Of a DNA stretch of 64,000 nt, positions 1 to 9,331 are shown one piece after another. The stretch's first letter is position 1. Each line of letters begins with the position of its first letter. The translations under genes and the position numbers were made by a program. Source of the DNA: Yeosuana marina (lineage in GTDB: Bacteria; Bacteroidota; Bacteroidia; Flavobacteriales; Flavobacteriaceae); assembly GCF_011762485.1 (NCBI RefSeq), contig NZ_JAAKGI010000001.1, positions 385,962-449,961 on the forward strand, read 5' to 3'. The notes below the pieces were generated by a model. It searched no databases and was not told the DNA's origin. It saw only the letters and a program-made list of their open reading frames with translations.

Positions 1-298
1 TAATTGGTAGCCGCAGATCTGTTGGGATTGGCGTTGAACTCTGTAATCCAAATAGGCAAACCATACAGGTCGTGCACTCTTTTTAGGTAATTTTTAAATC
101 TGTTAAACACATTTTGAGGACTTTCATTTGGCGAGTTTTTAGGTTTTGATCCCCAATCGTACCAATGCACTCCAATTACGTCAATTCTGATGTCTTGAGC
201 AGTTGCTTTATCATGAAATTCTTTGAGCCAACCAAAAGGGGCCTCTTCTCTGCAATTTGGAGATACCAAGAGGGGGAGCAAGTTATAAAAGAAAAGCA
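1..298 (-). pseudogene. 5'-truncated glycoside hydrolase (clan GH-A / GH5-like) gene fragment. It runs off the left edge of the window.
   Basis: Minus-strand ORF from ATG at complement(296..298), preceded by an in-frame TAA. Translation reads ...DIRIDVIGVHWYDWGSKPKNSP...LYGLPIWITEFNANPN. H-x-Y (beta6) and ITE (beta7 nucleophile) are spaced as in GH5 TIM barrels, but the ORF begins only ~40 aa before them, so beta1-5 and the acid/base are missing. All three upstream frames hit stops within 60 nt. Confidence 0.3.
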
Positions 299-527
299 TC
301 AGTTAATACTGGTGCTTTTTTATTTTATAAAACTATTCTATAAGATTTCTGTATACTTTGTTTAATATTTTTTAAGTTAAAAATTTGAGCAAGGTGTTGG
401 TTTAAATTCAACTATTTTATTACTTGTTTCACTTTACAGAAAGCAATCCTCAATAAATGATATTCAAAACTAAATTGTTACTAGCTGTTTCTAATTTTAT
501 TAATGATTTACAATATATTATATCAAT

Positions 528-561
528 GGATGTAATAATATTTTGTAAATTTATTACATCC
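528..561. promoter_or_regulatory. Perfect 11-bp inverted repeat (GGATGTAATAA-N12-TTATTACATCC) in the AT-rich region upstream of the PAS kinase gene
   Basis: The palindrome was read directly from the sequence. It lies ~160 bp upstream of the 717 start codon. Confidence 0.3.
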
Positions 562-716
562 AATTTATTAAATAACTTCAAATTCCAGAATAAACAGTTT
601 GCTATTATAAAGTAAATAATGGATTATTATGCCCGTGTTTCTCATATGAAAAGTTAGAGCCAATCCTAAAAAGAAATGCTATAATTGAAAATCCATGTTA
701 AAAAACCAAATTTATT

Positions 717-3700
717 ATGGCTACCTATGATAAAAAGAAGGAAGAACTCATTATTGAGTTACAGGAATTAAGGCAAAAATATGATTCTTTATTAAAGTCA
801 ACTCAAAGAGATTTTCTTGAAAATACACTTCAGAATAATGAGGCAAGATATATAGGGTTGTTACAGAATCTTGAAGCGGGGATAGTGGTTCATGCTCCAG
901 ATACTTCTATTTTGATGAATAATTCCAGAGCGTCAGAATTATTGGGATTAACCGATAATCAGATGAAAGGCAAAGAGGCCATTGATCCATCATGGAAATT
1001 TATAAAAGAAGATTTTACCACCGCACCATTTGATGAATATCCTGTTAATAAGATTGTAAAAAGCAAGAAAGCAATAAAAAATCAAATATTAGGAATTTAC
1101 CATCCTATTAAAAACCACATGGTTTGGGCGACTATCAATGGTTTTCCTGTGTTAAATACTAAGGGAGAAATAACAGAAATAGTTATTAGTTTTATTGATG
1201 TTACCGAGCGAAAACAGGTAGAAAAACGGTTAAGAAAAAGTAGAGATTCTATTGAAAACTTAACTAATTCTTTATGGGATATTGTGTTTTCAGTAAGAAT
1301 GCCTGAGAGAGTAATTGAGTGGTGTAATACAAGTATTAGGTCTATTGGCTATGAGCCCTCTGAATGTATAGGAAAAGGCACAGATTTTCTTTACTCCAAT
1401 GAGGAAAATTATTTAGATTTTGGCAAAAAATTACAAAACTTTTTTAATGAGGGGTCTGATGTTTTAAGAACAGAACAAATATTTAAAAAGAAAAATGGAG
1501 AAACATTTACAGCCGATGTTTCGCTTACATTTGAGAAGGAAGACGGTATTATTGTTCGTACCACAAGTGTCGTTAGAGATATTACCGAACTTAAATTAGC
1601 AGAAGAAGCACTAAGTAATAGCGAAGAAAATTTAGCTATCACGCTCCAATCTATCGGTGATGGTGTAATTTCAACAGATATAAACGGGAGAGTTGAGCAC
1701 ATGAATCCGATGGCTGAAAAGCTTTGTGGCTGGCGTTTGGCTGATGCCGTTAGAAAACCTTTAAGCGAAGTATTTAACATTATAAATGCAGAAAGCCGTA
1801 AAAAAGTTGAGAATCCTGTTGAAAAAGTTTTGGAAAAAGGTGAAATTGTTGGTCTTGCCAATCACACAGTTTTAATTTCTAAAAACGGTAGCGAATATCA
1901 AATTGCCGACAGCGCTGCTCCCATCATAAATAAAGAAGGGTTAATTAGGGGTGTCGTTCTGGTTTTTTCTGATATAACTGAAAAGTATGCTGAAGAAAAG
2001 AAATTAAAAGAAAGCGAAGAACGATTTAATCTGGTAATGAATGCGTCTAACGATGGTTTATTTGACTGGGACCTTATAACCAATAAAATATATTACTCTC
2101 CAGGATGGAAAAAAATGCTTGGATATGAAGATCATGAAATTCCTAATGATTTCTCTATCTGGGAAAAAATAACAGATTCAGAAGACGTTAAAAAATCATG
2201 GGAGCTTCATCAGAAACTCATTAATAAGCAAATTGACCGCTTTGTAATGGAGTTTAAAATGAAACACAAAAACGGTCATTGGGTTGACATTCTCTCGCGT
2301 GCAGAAGCTGTTTTTGATGCTGATGGCAAAGCAATAAGAATGGTTGGAACCCATGTTGATATTTCCAAGCAAAAAAAATTAGAACAACAACTATTACTTT
2401 CTAAAGAGAAAGCAGAGGAAAGCAAGACATATCTAGATAATATAATTAACAAGATTGGTGACCCCATTTTTGTGAAAGACGAGCATAGTAGTCTGCTTCT
2501 TGTTAATGAAGCGTTTTGCAATATGTTCGGATTAAATAAAGACGAAATAATAGGTAAAACACTTGCTGAAGATGTGTCTCCAAAAGAGCAGGAAGTTTTT
2601 TTAAAAATTGATAAACAAGTCCTTAAAGATGGGATTGAAAATATAAATGAAGAGTCTCTTACAGTGAGAGGTGGTGAAACTCGAACAATTGCGACACATA
2701 AGACTCGTTTTTTAGATAGCAATGGTAAAAAATATTTAATAGGGGTAATTCGAGACATTACAGACATTAAGAAAACCCAACTAGAATTATTAAAAGCTAA
2801 AGAAAAAGCTGAAGAAAGCGAACTTAATTTGCAACAAATAAATAGCAGTTATAAACGGAGTAATCAATTATTAGAAGCATCACAATCTATAGCAAAAGTA
2901 GGTGGATGGGAACTAAATTTACTCACTAATAAACTATATTGGACTGGTGAAACTTACAGAATTCATGATACATCACCTGAGGAGTTTAATCCTACAGTTG
3001 AAGCAGGTATAGGATATTTCCTGCCAGAATCACAGCAAATTATAAGTAATGCTTTAGAACTCGCTATAACGCAAGGCAAAAATTATGATTTACAACTTGA
3101 AACTTACACAACAAAAGGACGAAAAATAAATGTAAGAACGACAGCTGATGTTACTATTGTTGATGGAAAACCAACAAAACTAACAGGAATATTTCAAGAT
3201 ATTACTGAAATAAAAAAGATAGAACTCGCCCTTATTAAGGCTAAAGAGAGCGCAGAAGAAAGCCAAGCAAAATATAGTAAAATGGTAGAAAACATGAATA
3301 GCGGTGTAGCTATTTATCAACCTATTAAAAATGGAAAAGATTTCGAAATTATTGATTTTAATAAAGCCGCCGAAAAAATTACAAATACATCGGCGAAGGA
3401 TATCATAGGTTCCACCTTATTAAACGAATTTCCTAATATGGACAAAAGCTCTTTATTTACAGCGCTTCAAACCGTATTTAAATCAGGAAAAGATGTACAC
3501 ATACCGCCATTTTTTTATAAAGATAACCAAAGAGAAGGTTGGAGGGAAAATTATATTTACAAATTACCATCAGGAGAAATTGTTGCTATTTTTGACGATA
3601 TAACAGAGCGTAAAACTGCAGAAATAAGTTTACAAAATCAAAACGAAGAATTAATCTTTGCTAAAGAAAAAGCCGAAGAAAGCGATCGATTAAAATCTGC

Positions 3701-4829
3701 TTTTTTAGCGAATATGAGCCACGAAATTCGCACGCCAATGAATGGTATTTTAGGTTTTTCAGAACTTCTAAAAACACCTAATCTTTCGGGCGACCAGCAA
3801 CAAAAATTCGTAGGAATAATTGAAAAAAGCGGTAAGCGAATGTTAAATATCATCAACGATATTGTTGATATTTCAAAGATAGAAGCAGGGTTAATGAGAT
3901 TGGATATCAACGAATCAAATATCAACGAGCAAATAGAATATATTTATACATTTTTTAAACCTGAAGTTGAAGCCAAAGGGATGCGACTTTTCTTAAAAAA
4001 GGCCTTGCCTACAAAAGAAGCCACCATTAAAACCGACCGTGAAAAATTGTTTGCCATTCTTACCAACCTTGTAAAAAATGCCATTAAGTATTCCAACGAA
4101 GGTTCCATAGAATTTGGATATGTCTTAAAAACAGATAACGAAACGGTTAATCACAATCAAAAAGCAGAATTAGAATTTTTTGTAAAAGACACAGGTATTG
4201 GCATTCCAAAAGATAGGCAAGAAGCTATTTTTGAGCGTTTTATTCAGGCAGACATAATGGATAAAATGGCCAGACAAGGAGCTGGTCTTGGGTTGTCAAT
4301 TACCAAAGCATATATAGAAATGCTTGGAGGTAAGATATGGTTAGAGAGCGAAGAAGGAATTGGCTCAACATTCTATTTTACCTTGCCTTACACTATTGAA
4401 ACGAATAGAAACCAAATAAGCAAACAGATTAAGGCTAGTAATAATTTAGAAAATAAAGTAAAAAACTTGACAACTCTTATTGCTGAAGATGATGAAACAT
4501 CTGAGGTATTGATTTCTATGTATGTAAGGGAGTTTAGCAATGAAATTATAATTACAAAAAATGGCAAAGAAGCTATTGAAGCGTGTAGTAAAAACCCTAA
4601 CATTGATTTGATTTTGATGGATATTCAAATGCCTGAAATGGATGGGTATAAGGCAACACGCAAAATCAGAAAATTTAATAAAAATGTAATCATTATTGCA
4701 CAAACAGCCTATGGATTGTCTGGCGATAGAGAAAAATCCTTGGAAGCAGGATGTAATGATTATATAACAAAACCTATTGACAGAACTAAATTAGAATCAC
4801 TAATCCAAAAGCATTTCACGAAACGATAA
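717..4829 (+). CDS. Hybrid sensor histidine kinase/response regulator with multiple N-terminal PAS/PAC domains
   Basis: 1370 aa. PAC-like DITE[RL]K motifs repeat. H-box is LANMSHEIRTPMNGILGFSELL. HATPase_c G-boxes are DTGIGIP and GAGLGLSI. C-terminal receiver has LIAEDDE...LILMDIQMPEMDGY...K. Confidence 0.9.
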   Translation: MATYDKKKEELIIELQELRQKYDSLLKSTQRDFLENTLQNNEARYIGLLQNLEAGIVVHAPDTSILMNNSRASELLGLTDNQMKGKEAIDPSWKFIKEDFTTAPFDEYPVNKIVKSKKAIKNQILGIYHPIKNHMVWATINGFPVLNTKGEITEIVISFIDVTERKQVEKRLRKSRDSIENLTNSLWDIVFSVRMPERVIEWCNTSIRSIGYEPSECIGKGTDFLYSNEENYLDFGKKLQNFFNEGSDVLRTEQIFKKKNGETFTADVSLTFEKEDGIIVRTTSVVRDITELKLAEEALSNSEENLAITLQSIGDGVISTDINGRVEHMNPMAEKLCGWRLADAVRKPLSEVFNIINAESRKKVENPVEKVLEKGEIVGLANHTVLISKNGSEYQIADSAAPIINKEGLIRGVVLVFSDITEKYAEEKKLKESEERFNLVMNASNDGLFDWDLITNKIYYSPGWKKMLGYEDHEIPNDFSIWEKITDSEDVKKSWELHQKLINKQIDRFVMEFKMKHKNGHWVDILSRAEAVFDADGKAIRMVGTHVDISKQKKLEQQLLLSKEKAEESKTYLDNIINKIGDPIFVKDEHSSLLLVNEAFCNMFGLNKDEIIGKTLAEDVSPKEQEVFLKIDKQVLKDGIENINEESLTVRGGETRTIATHKTRFLDSNGKKYLIGVIRDITDIKKTQLELLKAKEKAEESELNLQQINSSYKRSNQLLEASQSIAKVGGWELNLLTNKLYWTGETYRIHDTSPEEFNPTVEAGIGYFLPESQQIISNALELAITQGKNYDLQLETYTTKGRKINVRTTADVTIVDGKPTKLTGIFQDITEIKKIELALIKAKESAEESQAKYSKMVENMNSGVAIYQPIKNGKDFEIIDFNKAAEKITNTSAKDIIGSTLLNEFPNMDKSSLFTALQTVFKSGKDVHIPPFFYKDNQREGWRENYIYKLPSGEIVAIFDDITERKTAEISLQNQNEELIFAKEKAEESDRLKSAFLANMSHEIRTPMNGILGFSELLKTPNLSGDQQQKFVGIIEKSGKRMLNIINDIVDISKIEAGLMRLDINESNINEQIEYIYTFFKPEVEAKGMRLFLKKALPTKEATIKTDREKLFAILTNLVKNAIKYSNEGSIEFGYVLKTDNETVNHNQKAELEFFVKDTGIGIPKDRQEAIFERFIQADIMDKMARQGAGLGLSITKAYIEMLGGKIWLESEEGIGSTFYFTLPYTIETNRNQISKQIKASNNLENKVKNLTTLIAEDDETSEVLISMYVREFSNEIIITKNGKEAIEACSKNPNIDLILMDIQMPEMDGYKATRKIRKFNKNVIIIAQTAYGLSGDREKSLEAGCNDYITKPIDRTKLESLIQKHFTKR

Positions 4830-4920
4830 AAAACACCTAAAAATTAAAATCACAGATAGCATTTTATCTATAATTAGCAAGAAGACAAAGGCTTATATTA
4901 AAATATAGGTCTTTCTTGTT

Positions 4921-6381
4921 TTAATTTGAGAGTGTGTTTTCAGCCATTTTTACAAGTTGCCAATACGGAGGTAAATAGCCGTTTAATTTTTTAAAAGTCT
5001 CAATTTTTACTTTTGTTTGTGTCTTACAATTTTGAAATTTTTCAACAAAATTATTATTCTTTAATGCGCTTATAGCGTCCATTCCTTCTGGAATCACGCC
5101 TTCTTTGCCCATAATATTAAATATATAGGAGTAGCCTTTAATAACTCTTGCTAGCGGCAGCATAAAAATATTGTAATCTAGTTTTGCTCCATTATTAGCT
5201 TCACTTAGTAAAGCATCCATTACGGCATTATCTAGATGGTCTTGAAAAAGAATATCTTTATCCCTCCATTCTGCAACAACACTTAACATAGGGTCATATT
5301 CGAGGTCCGATGGCATTTGAGTTACAAAATTCTCTACTCCAAAAGTATTAAGCCAGTCCATAACTCCATCTGACGAGATAGTCGATTTAAACTCCCATAA
5401 CGATATCCCAAACTGTTTATAGGCATAAGAACCAACTTCAGAACAAAACATAGCACTAGAATCGTAATAATCCATTTTGAAGTCATATGGGATATGTCTA
5501 GTTTGCGATTCCTTAAAAATATATGAAGAAACCTGATATGGAAGCATGGGATTTGATTCTATTTGAGGTAAATCATTTCTAGGTCTCATAACTATAAAGC
5601 GCAATTTTTTATCATTCAAATAAGTTTTAAGTGATGATATTGCAACACCTTTTTCAATGTGAGCCTCCACAAAATAAGGTTTATTTGTAGCTTTATCAAT
5701 ATGAATAATTGCAACGTGCGAAAAATTTCCAGGATAATCATTTCCTCTTGAAATAAATGCTGAAACTTCGGCACCACCCCGACTTATCAATAAATCTCCA
5801 CTATGAACTTTTATTCCTAGGATATTAACCGAAGGCGTTACAGATGGTTCTTCAGTTACATACATTGTAGAGATAAAATCATTATTATTTGATTGTAATA
5901 AAACTTCTTCTACAGATGCTCTCATACCATATAGTAAGCGGTAAGATGTATTACGGGCATTTATATGATTCATATTCCAAAAGCGAGAATCTGATTTTAT
6001 CTTTTTTCTAACCCTATTATAGTAGTTAATATACCAATCTGATTTCTTTGGTTGTGCGGCAATTAAGGGGGTTATGTTAAAGAAATTAGTCTCAATCAAA
6101 CTGTATAGGCTATCGTCTGGTTTGCTTATTGTGTTTTCAAGAGTATTTAATAGAGCATCTGCGTTATAACTCAAGTCATTTACAATAGAATCCAATTCTA
6201 TAGAAGGAATTCTTTTAGCTTCTTGAAATCTTATTTCTAAACCTTCCCAAAGGCTATCTTGGTTCCAAATAAAAGGGTTATGGGTTGCCTTTTGAATGTT
6301 TTTTTCATTTGAGGGAAAGGGAATAAGCAGTAAAACATATAAACCTAAAATAACTAATAAAAAAATATAAATTTTTTTCAT
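4921..6381 (-). CDS. Membrane-anchored hypothetical protein. Its C-terminal half resembles a permuted papain-like (YiiX/YaeF, NlpC/P60 superfamily) domain.
   Basis: N-terminal TM helix MKKIYIFLLVILGLYVLLLIPF. GDLLISRG...FSHVAIIHID (His) precedes SAMFCSEVGSY (Cys), the His-before-Cys order typical of permuted YiiX-like enzymes. The domain call is tentative. Confidence 0.45.
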   Translation of the reverse strand: MKKIYIFLLVILGLYVLLLIPFPSNEKNIQKATHNPFIWNQDSLWEGLEIRFQEAKRIPSIELDSIVNDLSYNADALLNTLENTISKPDDSLYSLIETNFFNITPLIAAQPKKSDWYINYYNRVRKKIKSDSRFWNMNHINARNTSYRLLYGMRASVEEVLLQSNNNDFISTMYVTEEPSVTPSVNILGIKVHSGDLLISRGGAEVSAFISRGNDYPGNFSHVAIIHIDKATNKPYFVEAHIEKGVAISSLKTYLNDKKLRFIVMRPRNDLPQIESNPMLPYQVSSYIFKESQTRHIPYDFKMDYYDSSAMFCSEVGSYAYKQFGISLWEFKSTISSDGVMDWLNTFGVENFVTQMPSDLEYDPMLSVVAEWRDKDILFQDHLDNAVMDALLSEANNGAKLDYNIFMLPLARVIKGYSYIFNIMGKEGVIPEGMDAISALKNNNFVEKFQNCKTQTKVKIETFKKLNGYLPPYWQLVKMAENTLSN

Positions 6382-6558
6382 GATGTTATATAATTTACAA
6401 AGCGTTAAAACTAATAATCGAAACCTTCCAAATATAATCCTTTCGTCCGAATAATAATTAATTGTTTAAGTTGCTTACAATTACTTCTTATTTTGTTGTG
6501 GATATAGTTATTTATTTTGTTTCTTTTGCATAATATATTTTTCGAGTAATCAATAATT

Positions 6559-6630
6559 GGCTCCATAGTTCAAGGGATAGAACAAAAGTTTCCTAAACTT
6601 TAGATCCAGGTTCGAATCCTGGTGGAGTCA
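6559..6630 (+). tRNA. tRNA-Arg (anticodon CCU)
   Basis: 72-nt cloverleaf. Acceptor GGCTCCA/TGGAGTC with one G-U pair. D-arm GTTC-AAGGGATA-GAAC. Anticodon arm AAAGT-TTCCTAA-ACTTT gives anticodon CCT. T-arm CCAGG-TTCGAAT-CCTGG. Discriminator A, no encoded CCA. Confidence 0.85.
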
Positions 6631-6670
6631 CAAAAAACGAATCTAGTTGATTTTTTAAAAACTATAAATT

Positions 6671-7645
6671 ATGATTTTAAACGCACCTATTACATTTTAT
6701 CCCATATTAAAAGAACGTATTTGGGGAGGAGAAAAACTAACTACAGTATTTAAAAAAGAATCAGATAAAACTAATATTGGCGAAAGTTGGGAGCTTTCAG
6801 ATGTTGAGGGAGATGTCTCTGTGGTTGCTTCAGGTGAATTACAAGGAAAAACTTTAAAAGAACTAATTAAGACCTATAAAGGCGCATTGGTTGGAGAAAA
6901 AGTTTATAAAACGTTTGGTAACGATTTCCCTATTCTTATAAAATATATCGACGCTAAAACACCGCTGTCTATTCAAGTACATCCAAATAATGAATTAGCA
7001 AAGGAGCGCCATAATTCATTTGGAAAAAATGAAATGTGGTATATTATGCAAGCCGATAAAAATGCTGAATTAATTGTAGGGTTTAATCAAGATATTGACA
7101 AAAAAACCTACTTAAGTAAGTTAGAGGAAGGCAACGTATTGGAAATATTAAATTCCGAAAAAATATCTAAAGGTGATACGTTTTACATTCCAACAGGAAG
7201 AGTCCATGCCATTGGTGCCGGGGTTATGCTTGCTGAAATTCAACAAACTTCTGATGTAACGTATAGAATTTATGATTACAAACGAGTTGATGCTACAACA
7301 GGAAAAGAGAGAGAACTGCATACAGATTTAGCAGTAGATGCCATAGATTACAAACAGTATGATAACTACAAAACATCTTATGAGCTTAAGAAAAACGACT
7401 CTAGTGAGTTAGTGTATTCTCCTTATTTTAAAACTAACATTATTCAACTTGAAGGAGCCGTTAAGAAAGATTACAGTAATTTAGATTCGTTTGTTATTTA
7501 TATGTGTGTTGAAGGGGATGCTGTTGTAACCTGTAATGACAAACAGTTTTCATTACAAGTAGGTCAAACCATGCTTATTCCTGCAGCCGTTAGTACTATT
7601 GAATTACAATCTGAAAACGCCAGAATTTTAGAAGTATTTCTTTAA
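6671..7645 (+). CDS. manA: Type I mannose-6-phosphate isomerase (cupin-type PMI)
   Basis: ERIWGGEKL, GESWELSD, LSIQVHPN, NEMWYIMQA and HAIGAGVMLAEIQQTSDVTYRIYDY motifs are typical of class I PMI. Confidence 0.85.
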   Translation: MILNAPITFYPILKERIWGGEKLTTVFKKESDKTNIGESWELSDVEGDVSVVASGELQGKTLKELIKTYKGALVGEKVYKTFGNDFPILIKYIDAKTPLSIQVHPNNELAKERHNSFGKNEMWYIMQADKNAELIVGFNQDIDKKTYLSKLEEGNVLEILNSEKISKGDTFYIPTGRVHAIGAGVMLAEIQQTSDVTYRIYDYKRVDATTGKERELHTDLAVDAIDYKQYDNYKTSYELKKNDSSELVYSPYFKTNIIQLEGAVKKDYSNLDSFVIYMCVEGDAVVTCNDKQFSLQVGQTMLIPAAVSTIELQSENARILEVFL

Positions 7646-7659
7646 AAGTTGGCTAATTA

Positions 7660-8013
7660 TTATTGATGAATATACTGTTTGGCTTGCTCAACAACTTGTT
7701 TTGAGTTGCCAATAAATATGTGGTCATTGGCAATAATAACAGGTCTGCTTAAAAAGGTATAGTGGTCAAGAATATAATGTTTGTAATCGCGTTCTTCAAG
7801 CGCTTGGTTTTTTAAATCCATTTCTTTGTAAAGTTTGGAACGCTTACTAAAAAGAGCTTCATAACTACCTGCAAGATCTTTCATTTCATCTAATTGCTTA
7901 ACCGTTATTTCTTCAGTTTTAATGTCTTGTAAAACAAATTCTGAAGGCAGATTCAACTCTTTTAAAATTCTAATACAGGTACTACATGTTTTTAGGTAAT
8001 ATACTTTTTTCAT
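7660..8013 (-). CDS. ArsC/Spx/YffB-family thioredoxin-fold protein (arsenate reductase family)
   Basis: 117 aa. N-terminal MKKVYYLKTCSTC with CxxC at residues 10-13. Confidence 0.65.
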   Translation of the reverse strand: MKKVYYLKTCSTCIRILKELNLPSEFVLQDIKTEEITVKQLDEMKDLAGSYEALFSKRSKLYKEMDLKNQALEERDYKHYILDHYTFLSRPVIIANDHIFIGNSKQVVEQAKQYIHQ

Positions 8014-8083
8014 CTGTTAATAATTTAAAAACAAAATAAAGCAATTATATCATTTAACCTATATTTATAAAAAAATAAATACC

Positions 8084-8548
8084 ATGCATTTTACCTTAGA
8101 AGTACTTTCAAATACCCGGAAATTTTTCAAAAAATATTTAGAAACTTTATCTCTTGAAGACTTAAATAAAATCCCAGAAGGCTTTAATAATAACATTATC
8201 TGGAATGTTGGGCACATCCTTGTTACGCAACAGCTATTAGCCTATAAACTATCAGGATTACCAATGATGGTTAGCGATACGTTAATTGCTAAGTATATGA
8301 AAGATACAAAACCTGAAGGATTTATAAATCAACAAGAAGTTGATGAAATAAAAGAGCTACTATTTTCTACAATTGAAAAAACAAAAGAAGATTTTAATAA
8401 CGGCCTCTTTAAAAACTTTAAAGAATATACGGTTTCAACAACAGGCAACACCTTAACAACTATTGATGAGGCTTTCCAGTTTATTTTATTTCATGAAGGT
8501 ATGCATTTAGGCTATGTTATGGCCTTATTGCGTGGTGTCAAAAACTAA
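8084..8548 (+). CDS. DinB/YfiT-like putative metal-dependent four-helix-bundle protein
   Basis: 154 aa. Conserved His-containing helices (WNVGHILVTQQ, FHEGMHLGYV) resemble the DinB_2 family. Confidence 0.45.
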   Translation: MHFTLEVLSNTRKFFKKYLETLSLEDLNKIPEGFNNNIIWNVGHILVTQQLLAYKLSGLPMMVSDTLIAKYMKDTKPEGFINQQEVDEIKELLFSTIEKTKEDFNNGLFKNFKEYTVSTTGNTLTTIDEAFQFILFHEGMHLGYVMALLRGVKN

Positions 8549-9244
8549 AAGTGAGTTTACATCATCATACGGGATGGTGAATTCTAAAGTACCTGCAGAA
8601 TAGGCTGCTATTTCGTAGGTATTATACAATAAAATAATTCCATCTTCGGTATAACCAATATTGGCTGGAAGCACAAAGTTTTCAGAATCAAAAACCGCAT
8701 CTTTTTCGTCAATATTATTTTGGTAATAGGTTTTAGCAAGCTTAAAAAAGGCTTTTTTATCGTTAAATAAATCAGTGTTTGCGATTAATTTTCCTGTTTT
8801 TGCATTAAAGTTTAAAAATGAAATGTTTAAGTTTCCGTGGGCGCCACCAGTATCCATATAGGACGTTAGTGCAATGCTTATTAAGCTTTCAGACTGGTAC
8901 ATAATATCGCCATCTATTTGAGCTTCCCAGTGTTGATCGCTATCAGGAAAATCATTTTTAAAGGCATCAAATTCTTGATTAAAGGCATCAATACTTTTTT
9001 TGATTGTTTCTATTTTAGAATCATCATCATATTCTCCAATTTGTAAAGAAGCAATCACCTTGTTTTCAATAATTGAATTGATAGAATTTACGGCAGGTGT
9101 ATCTCCTTCAGCTAAAGGAATATTGACTTCGACTGCTGAGTTATTACCTCCGGTTATGCTGGTTTCTTTAAAAGTAATTAGGGGATCCTCTTTACAAGAA
9201 ATGAAAGTAAAAAAACAACAAAGAATAAAAAGATAGCGTTTCAT
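8525..9244 (-). CDS. Lipoprotein, DUF4163/DUF3298 (RsiV-like) family
   Basis: Signal peptide with lipobox Cys (FTFISCKED). Central DTGGAHGN motif and a YNTYEIAAY..G tail are characteristic of DUF3298. Confidence 0.6.
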   Translation of the reverse strand: MKRYLFILCCFFTFISCKEDPLITFKETSITGGNNSAVEVNIPLAEGDTPAVNSINSIIENKVIASLQIGEYDDDSKIETIKKSIDAFNQEFDAFKNDFPDSDQHWEAQIDGDIMYQSESLISIALTSYMDTGGAHGNLNISFLNFNAKTGKLIANTDLFNDKKAFFKLAKTYYQNNIDEKDAVFDSENFVLPANIGYTEDGIILLYNTYEIAAYSAGTLEFTIPYDDVNSLLVFDTTQ

Positions 9245-9331
9245 TGAGATACAAGATTAAACACCCTAAAGGTAAATATTGCATTTGAATACACCGAATT
9301 ATAAAGTACTTTTGTACAAATACATCATAAA

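Noticed and set aside
165-365. 66-aa plus-strand ORF in the track
   Set aside because: It lies antisense to the GH-like remnant and within the AT-rich spacer. It has no plausible ribosome-binding context and low-complexity composition, so it is most likely spurious.
9000-9236. Internal opposite-strand ORFs from the track (9000..9236, 15015..15341, 28915..29124, 31285..31623, 40114..40365, 42883..43176, 46235..46516 and others)
   Set aside because: Each lies wholly inside a much longer ORF on the other strand that has a clear homology-based call. These are typical shadow ORFs.
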